Source of the DNA: Hemiscyllium ocellatum
Lineage: Eukaryota
Direction of reading: 5' to 3'
NCBI RefSeq assembly: GCF_020745735.1
Contig: NW_026867487.1
Span: 3,224,001 to 3,288,000 of the forward strand
DNA length: 64,000 bases
Positions 1 through 11,839 of this stretch are shown here, one piece after another. The notes beneath the pieces are model-generated. The model was not told the origin of the DNA. It searched no databases and worked only from the letters and a program-made list of their open reading frames with translations. Every line of letters begins with the position of its first letter. Within the stretch, counting starts at the first letter, position 1. The translations under genes and the position numbers were made by a program.

Positions 1-1100
1 GCCCTCTCTTAGCTCCGGTAATCCCTTTCTTCAGCTCCCTCCTGGCTATCCTGCATCTCTCCAATGCTCCGTGTGAACCTTGTTTCCTCAACCTTATGGA
101 AGTCTCCTTCTTCCTCTTTCCATGACATTCAACCTCCCTCGTCAACCAAGGTTGCATCACACGACCATCTCTTTCCTCCCTAACATATACATACATAACG
201 TCGTATCTGTTCCTTGAAAAAGTTCCACATTTCAACGACAGCCTTCCCTGACAGCCTATGCTCCCAACTAATGCTCCTCAGATCTTGTCTTGCAGCATCG
301 TATTTACCCTTCCCCCAATTGTAAAACCCATCCTGTTGCACGCACCTATCTCTCTCCATAACCAAGGTGAAAGTCACAGAATTATGATCACAATCACCAA
401 AATGCTCACCCACTAAAAAACCCATCACTTGTCCCGGTTCGTTACCAAATACTAAATCCAATATGGCCTCCCCTCTGGTCGGACAGTCTACATAATGAGT
501 TAGAAAAGCTTCCTGGACTGCAAAAACACCATCCCATCCAATCTACTTGATCTAATGCACTTCCAGTCAATATTTGGGAAGTTGAAGTCGCCCATGACTA
601 CTACCCTGTGGCTTCTGCACCTTTCCAAAATTTGTTTCCCAATCTGTTTCTCCACATCTCTGCTGCTATTGGGGGGCCTTTAGTAAACACTCAACAAGGT
701 GACTGCTCCTTTCTTACGTCTGACTTCAGCCCATACTGCCTTCAAAGGCAGATCCCCCTCGAACTGCTTTTCTGCAGCTGTTATACTATTTCTAATTAGC
801 AACTCCACCCCTTCCTTTTTTTACCACCCTCCCTAATCTTACTGAAACATCTGTAACCAGGAACCTCCAACAACCATTCCTGTCCCTCTTCTATCCACGC
901 TTCCGTGATGGCCACAACATCGTAGTCCCAAGTACCGATCCACGCCTTAAGTTCATCCACCTTATTTCTGATACTTCTTGTGTTGAAATATACACACTTG
1001 AACCCATCTTTGAGTCCACAAGTATTCCCTGTCAGTGCTACCTTCTCCACAGCCTCTCTACATTCTTGGACATCCTGAAAAACAGCTAACTTACTTGCTG
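1..1100 (-). mobile_element. Degenerate CR1/HER1-type LINE fragment (AP-endonuclease region of ORF2)
   Basis: Minus-strand ORFs 796..1278 (CVYFNTRSIRNKVDELKAWIGTWDYDVVAITEAW...PGYRCF) and 180..461 (LDLVFGNEPGQV...VGEHFGDCDHNSVTF) are typical CR1 endonuclease motifs; reading frame broken. Confidence 0.85.
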
Positions 1101-1343
1101 GACTACAAGTTGTCACGTCACTTTTCCTCTCTGTGTATTGTACCGTGCGATTATTTGTGTGTGCTGATGGTGCGATCAAATTGAATGCTGCTGTCTGCTG
1201 GCGCTGCCCTCTGTATGATTTCCTGGCTATTTTGGTTTTTGGTTGTAGAAACGTCAAGCCACCACGACAGGGTGGCACAGTATTACTTCAAGACAAATTG
1301 AAGTGCAGCACAGAATGGTTATGACTCTTTATCTCCCATCAGC

Positions 1344-1506
1344 NNNNNNNNNNNNNNNNNNNNNNNNNNNNNNNNNNNNNNNNNNNNNNNNNNNNNNNNN
1401 NNNNNNNNNNNNNNNNNNNNNNNNNNNNNNNNNNNNNNNNNNNNNNNNNNNNNNNNNNNNNNNNNNNNNNNNNNNNNNNNNNNNNNNNNNNNNNNNNNNN
1501 NNNNNN
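1344..1506. other. Assembly gap (N run)
   Basis: Run of N; the paralogous position in copy B (39626-39680) is a (CA)n tract. Confidence 1.
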
Positions 1507-2150
1507 TACTGCAAAATTATTCTGGCACATATCAGGTAATGTGCTGTGAGGTCAGTATGTTCAGTTAGTTAGAAAGTACCCACAGAAGAAATAAGAACGG
1601 TTAGACTGAGCTCAGTGAAGAATGCTGAGAGGGAATACCGGAAGCACAGATTGGCAATGTTGAGGTTGTGGACAGAGAACAGAGAATAACAACTGAGGAG
1701 CGAAATAAAGGCAAATTTGGCAACAGTCAGAATGGAGATGATGCTGGATAAGACTCAGGTTGGTTCCATTATTGTAGAAGGTGGGATCAGAAGGATTATA
1801 TTTGAGTGGACAGTTTGTGGTTGCACAAGACTTACGTGTATGTTGGAAATTCTGGGTGGAACATCAGGTCATGACTTCCTTCTCCCACTCCCGCTAACTG
1901 AATAAGAACAAACAGCGTGAATTTGGAATTAAATCAGTGAATGAAGAAGAGTATTGAGTGTAACTGGTACAGTGATTATATTATAGATGGAAGTCAATCT
2001 TTCAGAATTCTCAGTGTTTCATTGACTGTGCACAGCTTGGGATGCATCATTTTTCTGAGAGTCTGCTGTCTTCCTTCCGCCCACAGAGCATTACCGCCCA
2101 CACAAGGCAGTGAGGTGGGTATCAGCAATAACAGGACTATTTCTTCCCAT

Positions 2151-2180
2151 GGGCGGGGTTTATATAATGGGTGTCTTCAA
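2151..2180 (+). promoter_or_regulatory. V core promoter: GC-box plus TATA-like element (GGGCGGGGTTTATATAATGGGTGTCTTCAA)
   Basis: ~60 nt upstream of the V1 ATG; related GGG(A/C)GG..TTATA(G/T)AA..G.TGTC motif at the same position before V2, V3, V4, V7 and V9. Confidence 0.6.
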
Positions 2181-2216
2181 ATACCCGACTACCATTTTAC
2201 ACAGAGGACAGCGACA

Positions 2217-2671
2217 ATGAGGCGGCTCAGCATTTCGGTTCTATTGGTAGCAATATTAACAGGTAACAGCGAAGGAAATGCGTTGCACATTTCTTCGTTA
2301 AGTCATGGTTAAATTAACACCAACCTGACAGTTTGCAATTGATTTCTGTTTTACCCTTCAGATTTGAGTCATGGAGATTCTGTCACTCAGTTACTCCCCT
2401 CGGTTGTTCAGACAGAAGGAGATGAGGTGACTCTAAGCTGTACCTATGAAACTACAATGACTTCCTATAGATTGTATTGGTACCGGCAACGCCGAGACAC
2501 CCAGCCCGAATTTATTCTGCGGAAGTATAGTGATGGTTATGAAAGTAAAGCAACGTTTGCAGAAGATCGTTTCTCTGCAGAAATTCAGACCTCAAAGAAA
2601 TTCATCAGTTTGAGTATAAGCGAGCTGCAGCTTTCTGACACTGCCGCGTATTTCTGTGCTTTAATGGATGA
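2217..2671 (+). CDS. TRAV/DV: V1: intact TCR alpha/delta V segment (leader 2217-2262, intron 2263-2361, V exon 2362-2671)
   Basis: Leader MRRLSISVLLVAILT with G|GTAAC donor and TTCAG acceptor. Open V exon DLSHGDSVTQ...VTLSC...LYWYRQ...DTAAYFCALMD has canonical Cys, Trp, Cys and is followed by a 23-RSS. Confidence 0.93.
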
Positions 2672-2710
2672 CACAATGATGAGAAACAGTCTCGCCCCTG
2701 TACAAAAACT
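2672..2710 (+). other. 23-RSS of V1 (CACAATG + 23 + ACAAAAACT)
   Basis: Heptamer 2672-2678, spacer counted as 23 nt, nonamer 2702-2710. Confidence 0.93.
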
Positions 2711-3060
2711 TTCTTGAACCATAACTTCGCTCTCTGTTGGTTAGTGTTGGTCTGATCCTGGGCTGTTGTAACGTACTATTCAAACTCGCACCAAGAGGAA
2801 ACCAAACTAACCCCGACCGAGCTGTTACACAATGGCTTCCCGGAGCTTCTGAGAAAATAAGCTGAAGACTCCAAACACTCACGCAGTATAAAAAATAGAG
2901 TCATGTCTGTTCACTCAACTGCAAGTCCCATGGTTAACAATTTCCTGTCATGTGGTTTGTAGACGGTCAGCTGGGAGATAGATCTCAGTTTCCAACCCTT
3001 TTCTGCAGGGTTGTTGTGCTTGAGATGGTGGGGCTGTCGGTAGGATTCCTGTCTCCTAGG

Positions 3061-3383
3061 TGTTTCTGTATTGTTTCCTGATTGGCTTGCATGGTGGTGA
3101 AGATCACTGGACAGAGATGGATGTTGTGAGCCTTACTCCTGATGTCGCTGATGGATGAAGTGCTGCACTTCTCTTCCTTGTGAAGAGTGGTAAGATTCCT
3201 CCCTGTTCCGACCAGGCTGCCCAAGGCAGCAATCAGAAGGTGTGATTGTCGTTTGCCACGCCACCGTCCCACTTCATGAAGCTGAGCAAAGTAGAGGTGC
3301 GGCGTTTCACTCTCAATGACGTGTACTTCACAGCACGCAGTACCAGGGAAGAATGCGTGATCGTTTCTTTGGACAGGAGCTCC
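3061..3383 (-). pseudogene. R1: eroded inverted V segment of a second (R) family
   Basis: Minus strand reads ITHSSLVLRAV...V-K-(C>R)...FMKW, frameshift, then R-W-R-G-K-R-Q-S-H-L-L-I...GRNLTTLHKEEKCSTSSISDIRSKAHNIHLCPV. It is followed by CACCACC + 23 nt + ACAGAAACA (3093-3099, 3070-3092, 3061-3069). Homologous to R2-R5. Confidence 0.72.
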
Positions 3384-5044
3384 CTAACATGAAATCAAAC
3401 CCCGGTTGACCAACTGATGAGACGAGTTAAGAGTGCAAGCTTCCAGCTCCCTAGAAGCACATTGGACTTCCCAGTAGGGAAATTGGACGTTTATTTCAAC
3501 CACCAATCCCTGGTATTCATTTATCTGAGTTTGCACGTGTTAGTGCAAATATGTATTTGTGTGTGTGTGTGTAAGAACGTTTCATTGTGCATGTTTGATC
3601 GATACCTTTATGTGAGTGTTTCAACGGTTCTGCTGTGTATTGTTATGTCTGTGTTATTGTCTGATGGGAAACATGCTCAAAAGTTTAGAAACGTTAATCT
3701 GGAGTGTTTCATCACGGATCTAATGTCAGCACATAAGCTGCTGACTGGCGCATTTTTTGAGATAAATTGATTAGAGGGGTGATTGTGAATGACTAGGTTT
3801 AAAAGAAAACTCATAGTCTTTTTCCTCGCTTCATGACCTTCCCTTTATCTAGTTATAATGCCACCCTCTGTCGATGAATGCCCATTACCGCACAAGAGAA
3901 TCATCAAACCAATCAATGGTTCAATCAGAGAGTAACATCCAGTACAGATCAGCAACTTGCAGTACAATTCAAACTGACAGCATCAAAACACGCACACAGC
4001 GACAATGTGCAGTTTTTGTTGATCTCAACTCCTGTGTCCAGCTGCCATTCATAAATTCACTGGAGACATTTTAACATTTGTTTTGTCCACTGTTTCTCTA
4101 GTTATACACGCCTGTCACTCCGGACCGAACTTTCCACATTTCTCATGTCAGTTTCTGGGAGTGACAATCCACAGGTTGTTTAGAGGATGCGTTTGTTCAA
4201 GGTTAGTTTTTGGTCAGGGCTGCATTGTGCACAATGGATAGATCTCACAATGTGATGGAGCGAATCCTAAAAACACTGTCAAAGTTAGATCCCATTACAT
4301 GGCAGATTGTACGTCAGCTGTATTCCTAATGCTGAAACATTTGCTCAGTTTCTTGATTTGTTCGTGACCAATAACGGACATCCATTTTCACTCCAGGATG
4401 CTAAAGCATGAAAGCATTCCTGTCCGAATCCCACTAACATAGCACATAATTCATATGTATTTATGCAGATCTGGAATTCTGCAAATGTATCAATAGGATA
4501 AAATATACTTTCTGCTTATCAATATCTACATAATTCATTTGCATATCTGCAAGCAGTATGGAGAGATCTTGTGACAGTGTGGTAGTTTCCCGACTTGTGT
4601 CAGCAGGTTCACATTCAACTGTCGGATGCTGTAGAGGTGTGAAATGAAAAATTGACAGAATCAACACAGAAAGCTTGTTGTGCCGTGAAAAAATACAGGA
4701 GCAGTGGGCATAAGCTCAAATTAAGGAGGCACATGTTTAAGATCAAAATGAGGAGACATTTATTCTCTCAACTAGAGAAGAATCTGTGGAAGTGTTTACG
4801 ACAGAGAGTTTGTGCAAAATATGCACAAGTCTGAGATAGATATGGAAGACTATGCAGCCTGGCCTTGTATCTTCTGGAGGTTGCAAGATTCACACGTGGT
4901 TGAATGAAGCATATAAAGTCCAGAGAGGACTTGGTTCGAAGAATCTGTATCCACACTTTCACCATGCCTGTTTTTTTCCTGTTTGATCATCTTTGTGATT
5001 TCCATGTTAACCATTCTGTAATTGTCGCATTGGCCACTTCTCTA

Positions 5045-6175
5045 TTTTTTTATTTCAAAATATACTTTATTCATAGAAATAAATCTTTGGTACCTGTACA
5101 ATTGGTCGTGCCGTTCATAGATATATACATTGCATGTCTTAAAGTTACAAAGAACAGATTGAATTAATCAAATTTACAGTTATCCTACTTATAGTTCCCT
5201 TTATTAACCACCCAGTCTCTTATTATTTAGCTGTGGTTTCAGCGAAACCCACCTACTGAGTGGGTGCCCTGGTATACGATAGCAAAGGAACCTTCTTTAC
5301 TCCCCAGGTTATGGGGTTACCATTGTCCATTTGACTGTCCTCTCTCTGGGGTAGCTGTCTGCATCCCCATGGTGAGCACGCACTGCCGGACCTTCGCTGG
5401 GCTGAGGTAGCTATCCAGCTCCTCACTGGGGTCATTTACCCGCTCTGGTGTCATTGAGCCAAGGCAAGGGTCCGCACTGTCCAGTTCTGCGTCTGACAAT
5501 GGGACTGTCAGAGGATCACAGCTTTCAGTTACCTGTAGTTGTGGGGCAGTGGGTACCCCCTGGTTCTCACTGGGTGGAGGGTGGACTTCGGGGGGTCCGT
5601 TGTTTCCTGGTTGGGAGGAAATGCCCTCCTCTTTATTTATGGCGCTCTGTCTCTTCTTCTGGTAGTGATGACCTTCTTTGCGCCCGTCTTCCCCATCTGA
5701 AGAGCTGGCCATCTCTCCCTCGTGCAGCTGTCTTTTCCCCCTTTGCTGGGAGGCTTTGGGGGCCTGGTAGGATTTTCTCTTTCTGTTTTTGACAGGTATC
5801 CACTATTCTGCCTTCTCGATTACCTCCTCCATTGCTTTCATCTGCCCAGCAAGAGCTAGGATCAGCTGCTGTGTCTATCTGCTGGCTGCTGCCTCCTCCA
5901 CTCCAGCCTGTTCTTCTTTCTGGGTGCCACCCGTCTCCGTTTCCCTGCTGTCCGGTTGGACCTTGCTGGTCTTTGGGGGTCCACGGCTCACATTGCCACC
6001 TCCCAGCCATCTGTGCGTAATTGGGCGGCCATCTTGGGCAGGTCTTGGACATATGTCCCGCCTCTCCGAACAGACTGCAGCTCTTTGCTTCCTGACAGTC
6101 CTTAGTCAGGTGACCCTCCTGTTTGCAATTCCTGCAGATGGTCACCTTGCAATCCGCCACCACGTGTCCACTTAT
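5045..6175 (-). mobile_element. ORF1-only (half) Tx1-like retroelement, 5' truncated, inverted
   Basis: Zinc-knuckle ORF (CRNCKQEGHLTKDC, CSLFGEAGHMSKTC) and ORF1 C-terminus (5317..5712) run directly into a 3' UTR ending AATAAAGTATATTTTGAAATAAAAAA on the minus strand. Homologous to ~9700-10818. Confidence 0.82.
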
Positions 6176-6245
6176 TTGTCTGTGTATACGTGTATAAGGT
6201 ATGAAGATCAGCAAATCCTTCTATACCATTCTGTATGACGCAAAG

Positions 6246-9200
6246 GTGTTCAGGAGGCGAGAGAGAGGCGGGGAAAACTGTCCCAGCTCCAGGAAAATAT
6301 GCAGAACCTGCTCCTGCTGCAGGTGATTGGGGTCGATGTCACCGAAGACCACAAGGAGGTAAAGGGCCAGCAAGCCTCGCTCTTTGCCTCAGAGGCCTCC
6401 AAGATAATCTTCTGGTCCGGAGTCTGCTCGGTGGAGCAGGACGAGACGTGCTCACGTTTCTTCTTCCAGAAGGTGCACAAAGAGAGCTCCGTGCTCAGCT
6501 GCCTAAAGGAAGAAGATGGCTCGATAACGTCATCTCAGGCTGACGTCATGAGGATCAGGAAATCCTTCTATGCCAGTCTGTATGACGCGAAGCAAACTGA
6601 CAGCGCGGCCTCCCAGTCATCCCTGTCCTCTATCACAGAGGTATTAGATGACAGAACACGCGAGAGGCTGGACCAGCCGCTACCTCTGGATGAGCTGACC
6701 AAGGCCCTCGAGTCCTTCAAAAAGAATAAAAGTCCCAGAAGCGACCGCTTACCGCTCAAGCTCTATTCTGCTGTTTGGGACTTGATTGGCCAGGACCTGC
6801 TGGAGGTGTATGTCAGTATGCTTCAGGCAGGTACCATGAGTGAATCCATGAGGAATGGCATCATCACCCTCATCTACAAGCGGAAAGGGGAGAGGGAGGA
6901 ACTGAAAAATTGGAGACCAATCCCACTGTTGAATGCAGATTACAAAAGTCTGTCAAAGGTAATCGCCAATCGGGTCAGGTCTGCTCTGGGGTCAGCGATT
7001 CACCCTGACCAAACCTGTGCTGTACTGGGCAGGAAGATCGCTCAGGGATACGATCGCCTGCGTGCAGGACATAGGGTTGGGCATCTGCCTGATCAGCCTG
7101 GACCAGGAGAAAGCCTTTGATAGGATATCACACACTTATATGAGAGATGTTCTCTCCAAAATGGGCTTTGGGGAGGGAATCTTCATTTGAATCAGACTGC
7201 TCTACACCAACATTGTCAGTGCAGTCTCAATCAATGGGTGGGAATCAGATAGCTTCCCAGTCAGATCTGGAGACATGGCTTGGCTGGTGATGAGAAGGAG
7301 AAAGTGAGGACTGCAGATGCTGGAGATCAGAGCTGAAAATGTGTTGCTGGAAAAGTGCATCTGGTCAGGCAGCATCAAAGCCTCTCTCTCTCGCCTTGTT
7401 TGTGTGCTGCATAGAACCATTTGCCGAGTCCATCAGGAAGGATGCGAGCCTGAGAGGGGTGACTATTCCTGGAAGCGGGGCCCTACAAGTCAAGGCCTCC
7501 CTGTACATGGATGACGTTGCCGTTTTCTGCTCGGATCCGCTGTCCGTGCGCACTCTCATGTGCATATGTGACCAGTTCAAACGGGCCTCGAGGGTCAAGG
7601 TAAACCGAGGCAAGAGCGAGGCCATGCTCTTCGGGAACTGGGCCGACCAATCCTTGATCCCCTTCACCGTCAGGACCGACCACCTGAAGGTGCTGGGTAT
7701 TTGATTCGGCGGGAGGGTGGTGTCTGGGGCATATGCCAAGTCTTGGGAGGAGCGTATCAGCAAAGTGAGGCAGAACTGAGCAGATGGAAGCTACGGTCGC
7801 TTTCCATCCCGGGAAAAAAAAACTGGTCATCAGGTGTGAGGCACTGTCATTGCTATTATACGTGGCACAGGTCTGGCCTATTCCCAGAACCTGTGCTGCT
7901 GCAGTCACCCGGGCCATCTTCCAATTTATATGGAGATCAAAGATGGACCGGGTCCAAAGGGACTCGATTTATAAAGATCTGGGCAACGGGGGAATAAACA
8001 CACCCAATGCCACCCTCACCCTGATGGCCACCTTTGTGCGTGGCTGCATCAAGCTGTGCATGGATCCCTGGTATGCAAACACCATGTGTCACTACGTACT
8101 GAGGTTCTACTTGTCCCCAGTGTTGTGAAGGATGGGCCTGGCCTTGCTGTCGCGGAACGCTCTGAGTAGTTGGACCGTTCTGTATCACCTGTCCTTCATG
8201 GAGAAGCTTATGAAGAAAATCACCTTTGACCATAAGTCCATCAGGAAGTGGTCAGCACGTAGTGTCCTTGAGACACTTCAGGAAAAGGAGAGGGTGGATC
8301 CTATCAAGCGGTTCCCTGAGCAGACTGTCAAAGCCATTTGGCAGATGCCTCATCGCCAGAACTTTCCAACAAGCACCAAGACATGGCTTGGCTGGTGATG
8401 AGAAGGAGTAAGTGAGGACTGCAGATGCTGGAGATCAGAGCTGAAAATGTGTTGCTGAAAAAAACGCAGCAGGTCAGGCAGCATCCAAGGAGCAGGAGAA
8501 TCGACGTTTTGGGAATTCCTGAAGAAGGGCTCATGCCCGAAACGTCGATTCTCCTGCTCCTTGGATGCTACCTGACCTGCTGTGCTTTTCCAGCAACACA
8601 TTTTCAGCGCTGGTGGTGAGAAGGGTTCTACCTGTGAGATCCTTTATGCACCCCCAGACTCTCAGCCGCACCGCACACTGCCCTCGAAGCGGCTACGAGA
8701 CTGTCACACACCTCCTTCTGGAATGTGCCTATGCAGAAGTCTGGAGAGGAATGCAGTGGTATTTGTCGAGCTTCGCCCCGAGCAGCGACGTGACGTGGGA
8801 GTCTGTGCTCTACGGCCTGTTGCCCGGGATGCACACCGAGACGAACATCAACTGTGCCTGGAGAATCATCAACTCGGTGAAGGACGCACTCTGGGCGGTC
8901 CAAAACCTGTATATCTTCCACCTGAAGGAGTGGACTCCGACTGAGTGTTGCAGACTGGCACATTCCAAGGTCCAGGACTACATGTTGAGGGACGCGCTGA
9001 AGCTTGGGGCAGCTGCAGCTAAGGCGCGGTGGGGGAAGACTACCATGTAACATCTGCCTGCCTAAGAAGAACAGGGGGCCCACACAGTCATTTGGGCTCT
9101 GCTGACGCCTCAGCTAAATATATGGACATATGTTTGATAAATGTACAGATTTTTATATACAAATGATAAATTCTGATCTCTACATGCAAATATTCACATA

Positions 9201-9272
9201 TGTATGGCATGACCAATTGTACAGACCATCAAGTTATTTTATGAATAAAGTATATTTTTGAAATTAAGAAAA
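6246..9272 (+). mobile_element. Tx1-clade L1-like ORF2 (RT and zf-RVT), 5' truncated and decayed, with 3' UTR and A tail
   Basis: ORF 6299..7120 (NWRPIPLLNADYK, IHPDQTCAV), YMDD motif in 7339..7704, C-terminus HLLLECAYA...RWGKTTM* at 9050; tail AATAAAGTATATTTTTGAAATTAAGAAAA. Confidence 0.92.
8407..8608. mobile_element. Palindromic Penelope-like terminal-repeat insertion inside Tx1 ORF2
   Basis: Inverted arms 8440-8513 and 8536-8608 match the PLE terminus at 51100-51236; flanked by a 16-bp duplication GCTGGTG(A/G)TGAGAAGG (8391-8406, 8609-8624). Confidence 0.82.
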
Positions 9273-10818
9273 GGACGTGTACTGCCTGCAGGATTTCCCT
9301 GGGGCAGGCTATTTCGACGTGACCTTCAGGAGTGTGAAGCAGTGCGAGCAGCTCCTGAAGGTCTTCAAGGAGAAGGAAGGAGAGCCTCTGTTCTCCATCC
9401 TGTCAGCTGTCCAGTTGTGTGTGCTTCCTGCACAGAGGAGTCGAGTTGTTACGATCTATATGTACAACCCCTATGTTCCAGCGGCTGATGTCCTGCCCTT
9501 CCTGGGAAGGTACGTTCAAGTCGAGGGAGAAAGCACCGATGTGGTCGACCATTTCGGGATCTGGACCAGTAAGCGACAGGTCAGGCTAACCCTGAGGGTC
9601 GATGACAATGGGAACATCCTCCACCCACCCTCGAGTTTTGCAATGGGAGGGAGCAGAGGCTACCTGACATATGCAGGGCAGCCAAAAGTGTGCCGAATGT
9701 GCGGGAAGTCAGGACACATGACAATGGATTGCAAGGTGACTAACTGCAGGAACTGCAAACAGAAAGGTCACCTGACCAAGGAATATCAGGAGGCAAAGAG
9801 CTGCAACCTGTGCGGAGAGGCGGGCCACATGTACAAGACCTGCCTAAGGGGGGGGGGGGGGGGCATTTACGCACAGATGGCTGGAGGTGGCAATTTGAGC
9901 CGTGGACCCCCAACGACTAGCAAGGGTAACCCAGACAGCAGGGAAATGAGTCTGGTGGCACCCAGAAAGAGGAACAGGCCGGAGTGGAGGAGGCAGCAGC
10001 CAGCGGAGAGACACAGCAGCTGATCCTAGCTCTAGCTGGGCAGATGGAAGCAATGGAGGAGGACGTAATCAAGAAGGCAGAGGAGTGGATACATGTTAAA
10101 AACAGGAAAAGAAAATCCTGCCAGGCCCCGAAAGCCTCCCAGCAAAGGGGGGAAAGACAGCTGCACGAGGAAGGGATGGCCAGCTCTTCGGATGGGGAAG
10201 ACAGGCTCAAGGAGGGCCATCACCAGAAGAAGAGACAGAGCACCGTAAGTAAAGAGGAGGGCATTTCCTCCCAACTAGGAAACAACGGACGCCCGAAGTC
10301 CACCCTCCATCCAATGAGAACCAGGGAGTACCCACTGCCCCACAGCTACAGGTAATTGAGAGTCGTGATCCTCTGACAGTCCCATTGTCAGACACAGAAC
10401 TGGACGGTGCGGACCCTTGCCTTGGCTCAATGACACCAGAGCGGGTAAATGACCCCAGTGAGGAGCTGGATAGCTACCTCAGCCCAGCGAAGGTCCAGCG
10501 GTTCGTGCTCACCATGGGGATGCAGACAGCTCCCCCAGAGTCAAATGGTGACCCCATAATCTGGGTGTTAAAGAAGGTTCCTTTGCTATTGTATAACAGG
10601 GGGCCCACTCAGTAGTTGGGTTCCGCTGAAGCCTCAGCTAAATACTAAGAACTGTATAATAAGCAGAACTGTAAATACGATAACTGTAAACTCGATTAAC
10701 TCAATCTGTTCTCTGTAATGTTAAGACATGCAATGTATATATATATGAACGACATGACCAATTGTACAGGTACCAAAAATTTATTTCTATGAATTGAGTA
10801 TATTTTGAAATGAAAAAA
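9273..10818 (+). mobile_element. ORF1-only (half) Tx1-like retroelement, 5' truncated
   Basis: ORF 9277..10023 with three CCHC-type knuckles, continued by frameshifted 9984..10355 and 10385..10615, then 3' UTR and TATTTTGAAATGAAAAAA. No ORF2 sequence lies between ORF1 and the tail. Confidence 0.85.
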
Positions 10819-10974
10819 CTCCGAGCCGCCAGCAGAGAGTGACTTGGCATCAATTCAAGGCAAGTTGAAGTGCAACACATGTGGGCTTTGGCCCTAACAA
10901 AGCCGTGACAAGGATCTCCGTTTGCACAGAGAGAGACAGGCGAGCAATCTCACAAGCCCTCTCGTTGTCTCTCT

Positions 10975-11150
10975 CTCTTTCTCTCACACAGACACAGACA
11001 CACAGACACGCACGCGAACAAAAACACACAAACAAAAACAAACACACATGCACATACACGCACTCGCACACACATGCACGCATACACACACACCCATATA
11101 CACACACACGCACGCATACACACACACAGACACACGCAGATACACAGTGC
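10975..11150. repeat. Compound CA-rich microsatellite upstream of V2
   Basis: Interrupted (CA)n/(CACG)n tract seen directly. Confidence 0.9.
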
Positions 11151-11839
11151 ATGAATCAAAGAAAGTGACTGTAAAATTATTTAGACATACAACGGGTCCT
11201 ACTGTGTGAGGTTTCTGCTTTCAGTAAGTCAGAAAAAACTTGCAGAGGGGCAGAAGGAAAGTGAGACTGAGCTGAGTGACGAATGATGAAAGGAACTAAG
11301 ACAGGAGAAAATGATAATGTTGAATCTTAGGGCAGAGAAGCAACAAGAGGAACTGAATAAAGGAGAATTTGGTTAAAGTGAAAATAAAGATGTTGTTGGA
11401 TAACTTTGAGATCGGTTTCAGTGACATAGAAGCAGGGCACCTGAAGGTTTGTAATTTCAGGAGGGACAGTGCATTTAAGGTAGAAATCTAGGTGGGTCTT
11501 TTTGCCATCCCCTCTGCTAAATTGTAAAGGACAAAAGTTGGTGCCATTTGAGGATATGGGTGGTGAAAAGCAATTGTGAGAGTAAACGATATCCTGATTC
11601 TGGGGAAGAGCTTATCGAGCATAGATCATAATCTGTCAGAACATTCAGTGCAGTGACTGTCACCCATCTTGTGGATGTGCCCATTCATTGAGAGTCAGCT
11701 CTCTTCCTCCCGCCCACGCAGCATCACCATTCACATAAGGCCAGAGATGTGCAAATATCTAGAGACACCTCACCATTTTACATGGGAGTGGAGTTTATAG
11801 AATGAGTGTCTTCAAGCATCCGAGTGCCATTCTGTACAG

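Noticed and set aside
2789-2812. Post-RSS motif as a CTCF site
   Set aside because: CACCAAGAGGAA mismatches several highly conserved CTCF positions (AG and GGC); kept only as an unassigned motif.
9277-10023. 248-aa zinc-knuckle ORF as a host gene (ZCCHC3-like)
   Set aside because: It is 5' truncated, frameshifted, intronless, ends in a retroelement UTR and A tail, and has a second decayed copy nearby, so it is a TE ORF1.
10850-11209. ORFs rich in HT/CV repeats (also at 22661, 39419, 53729)
   Set aside because: Translation artefacts of CA/TG microsatellites.
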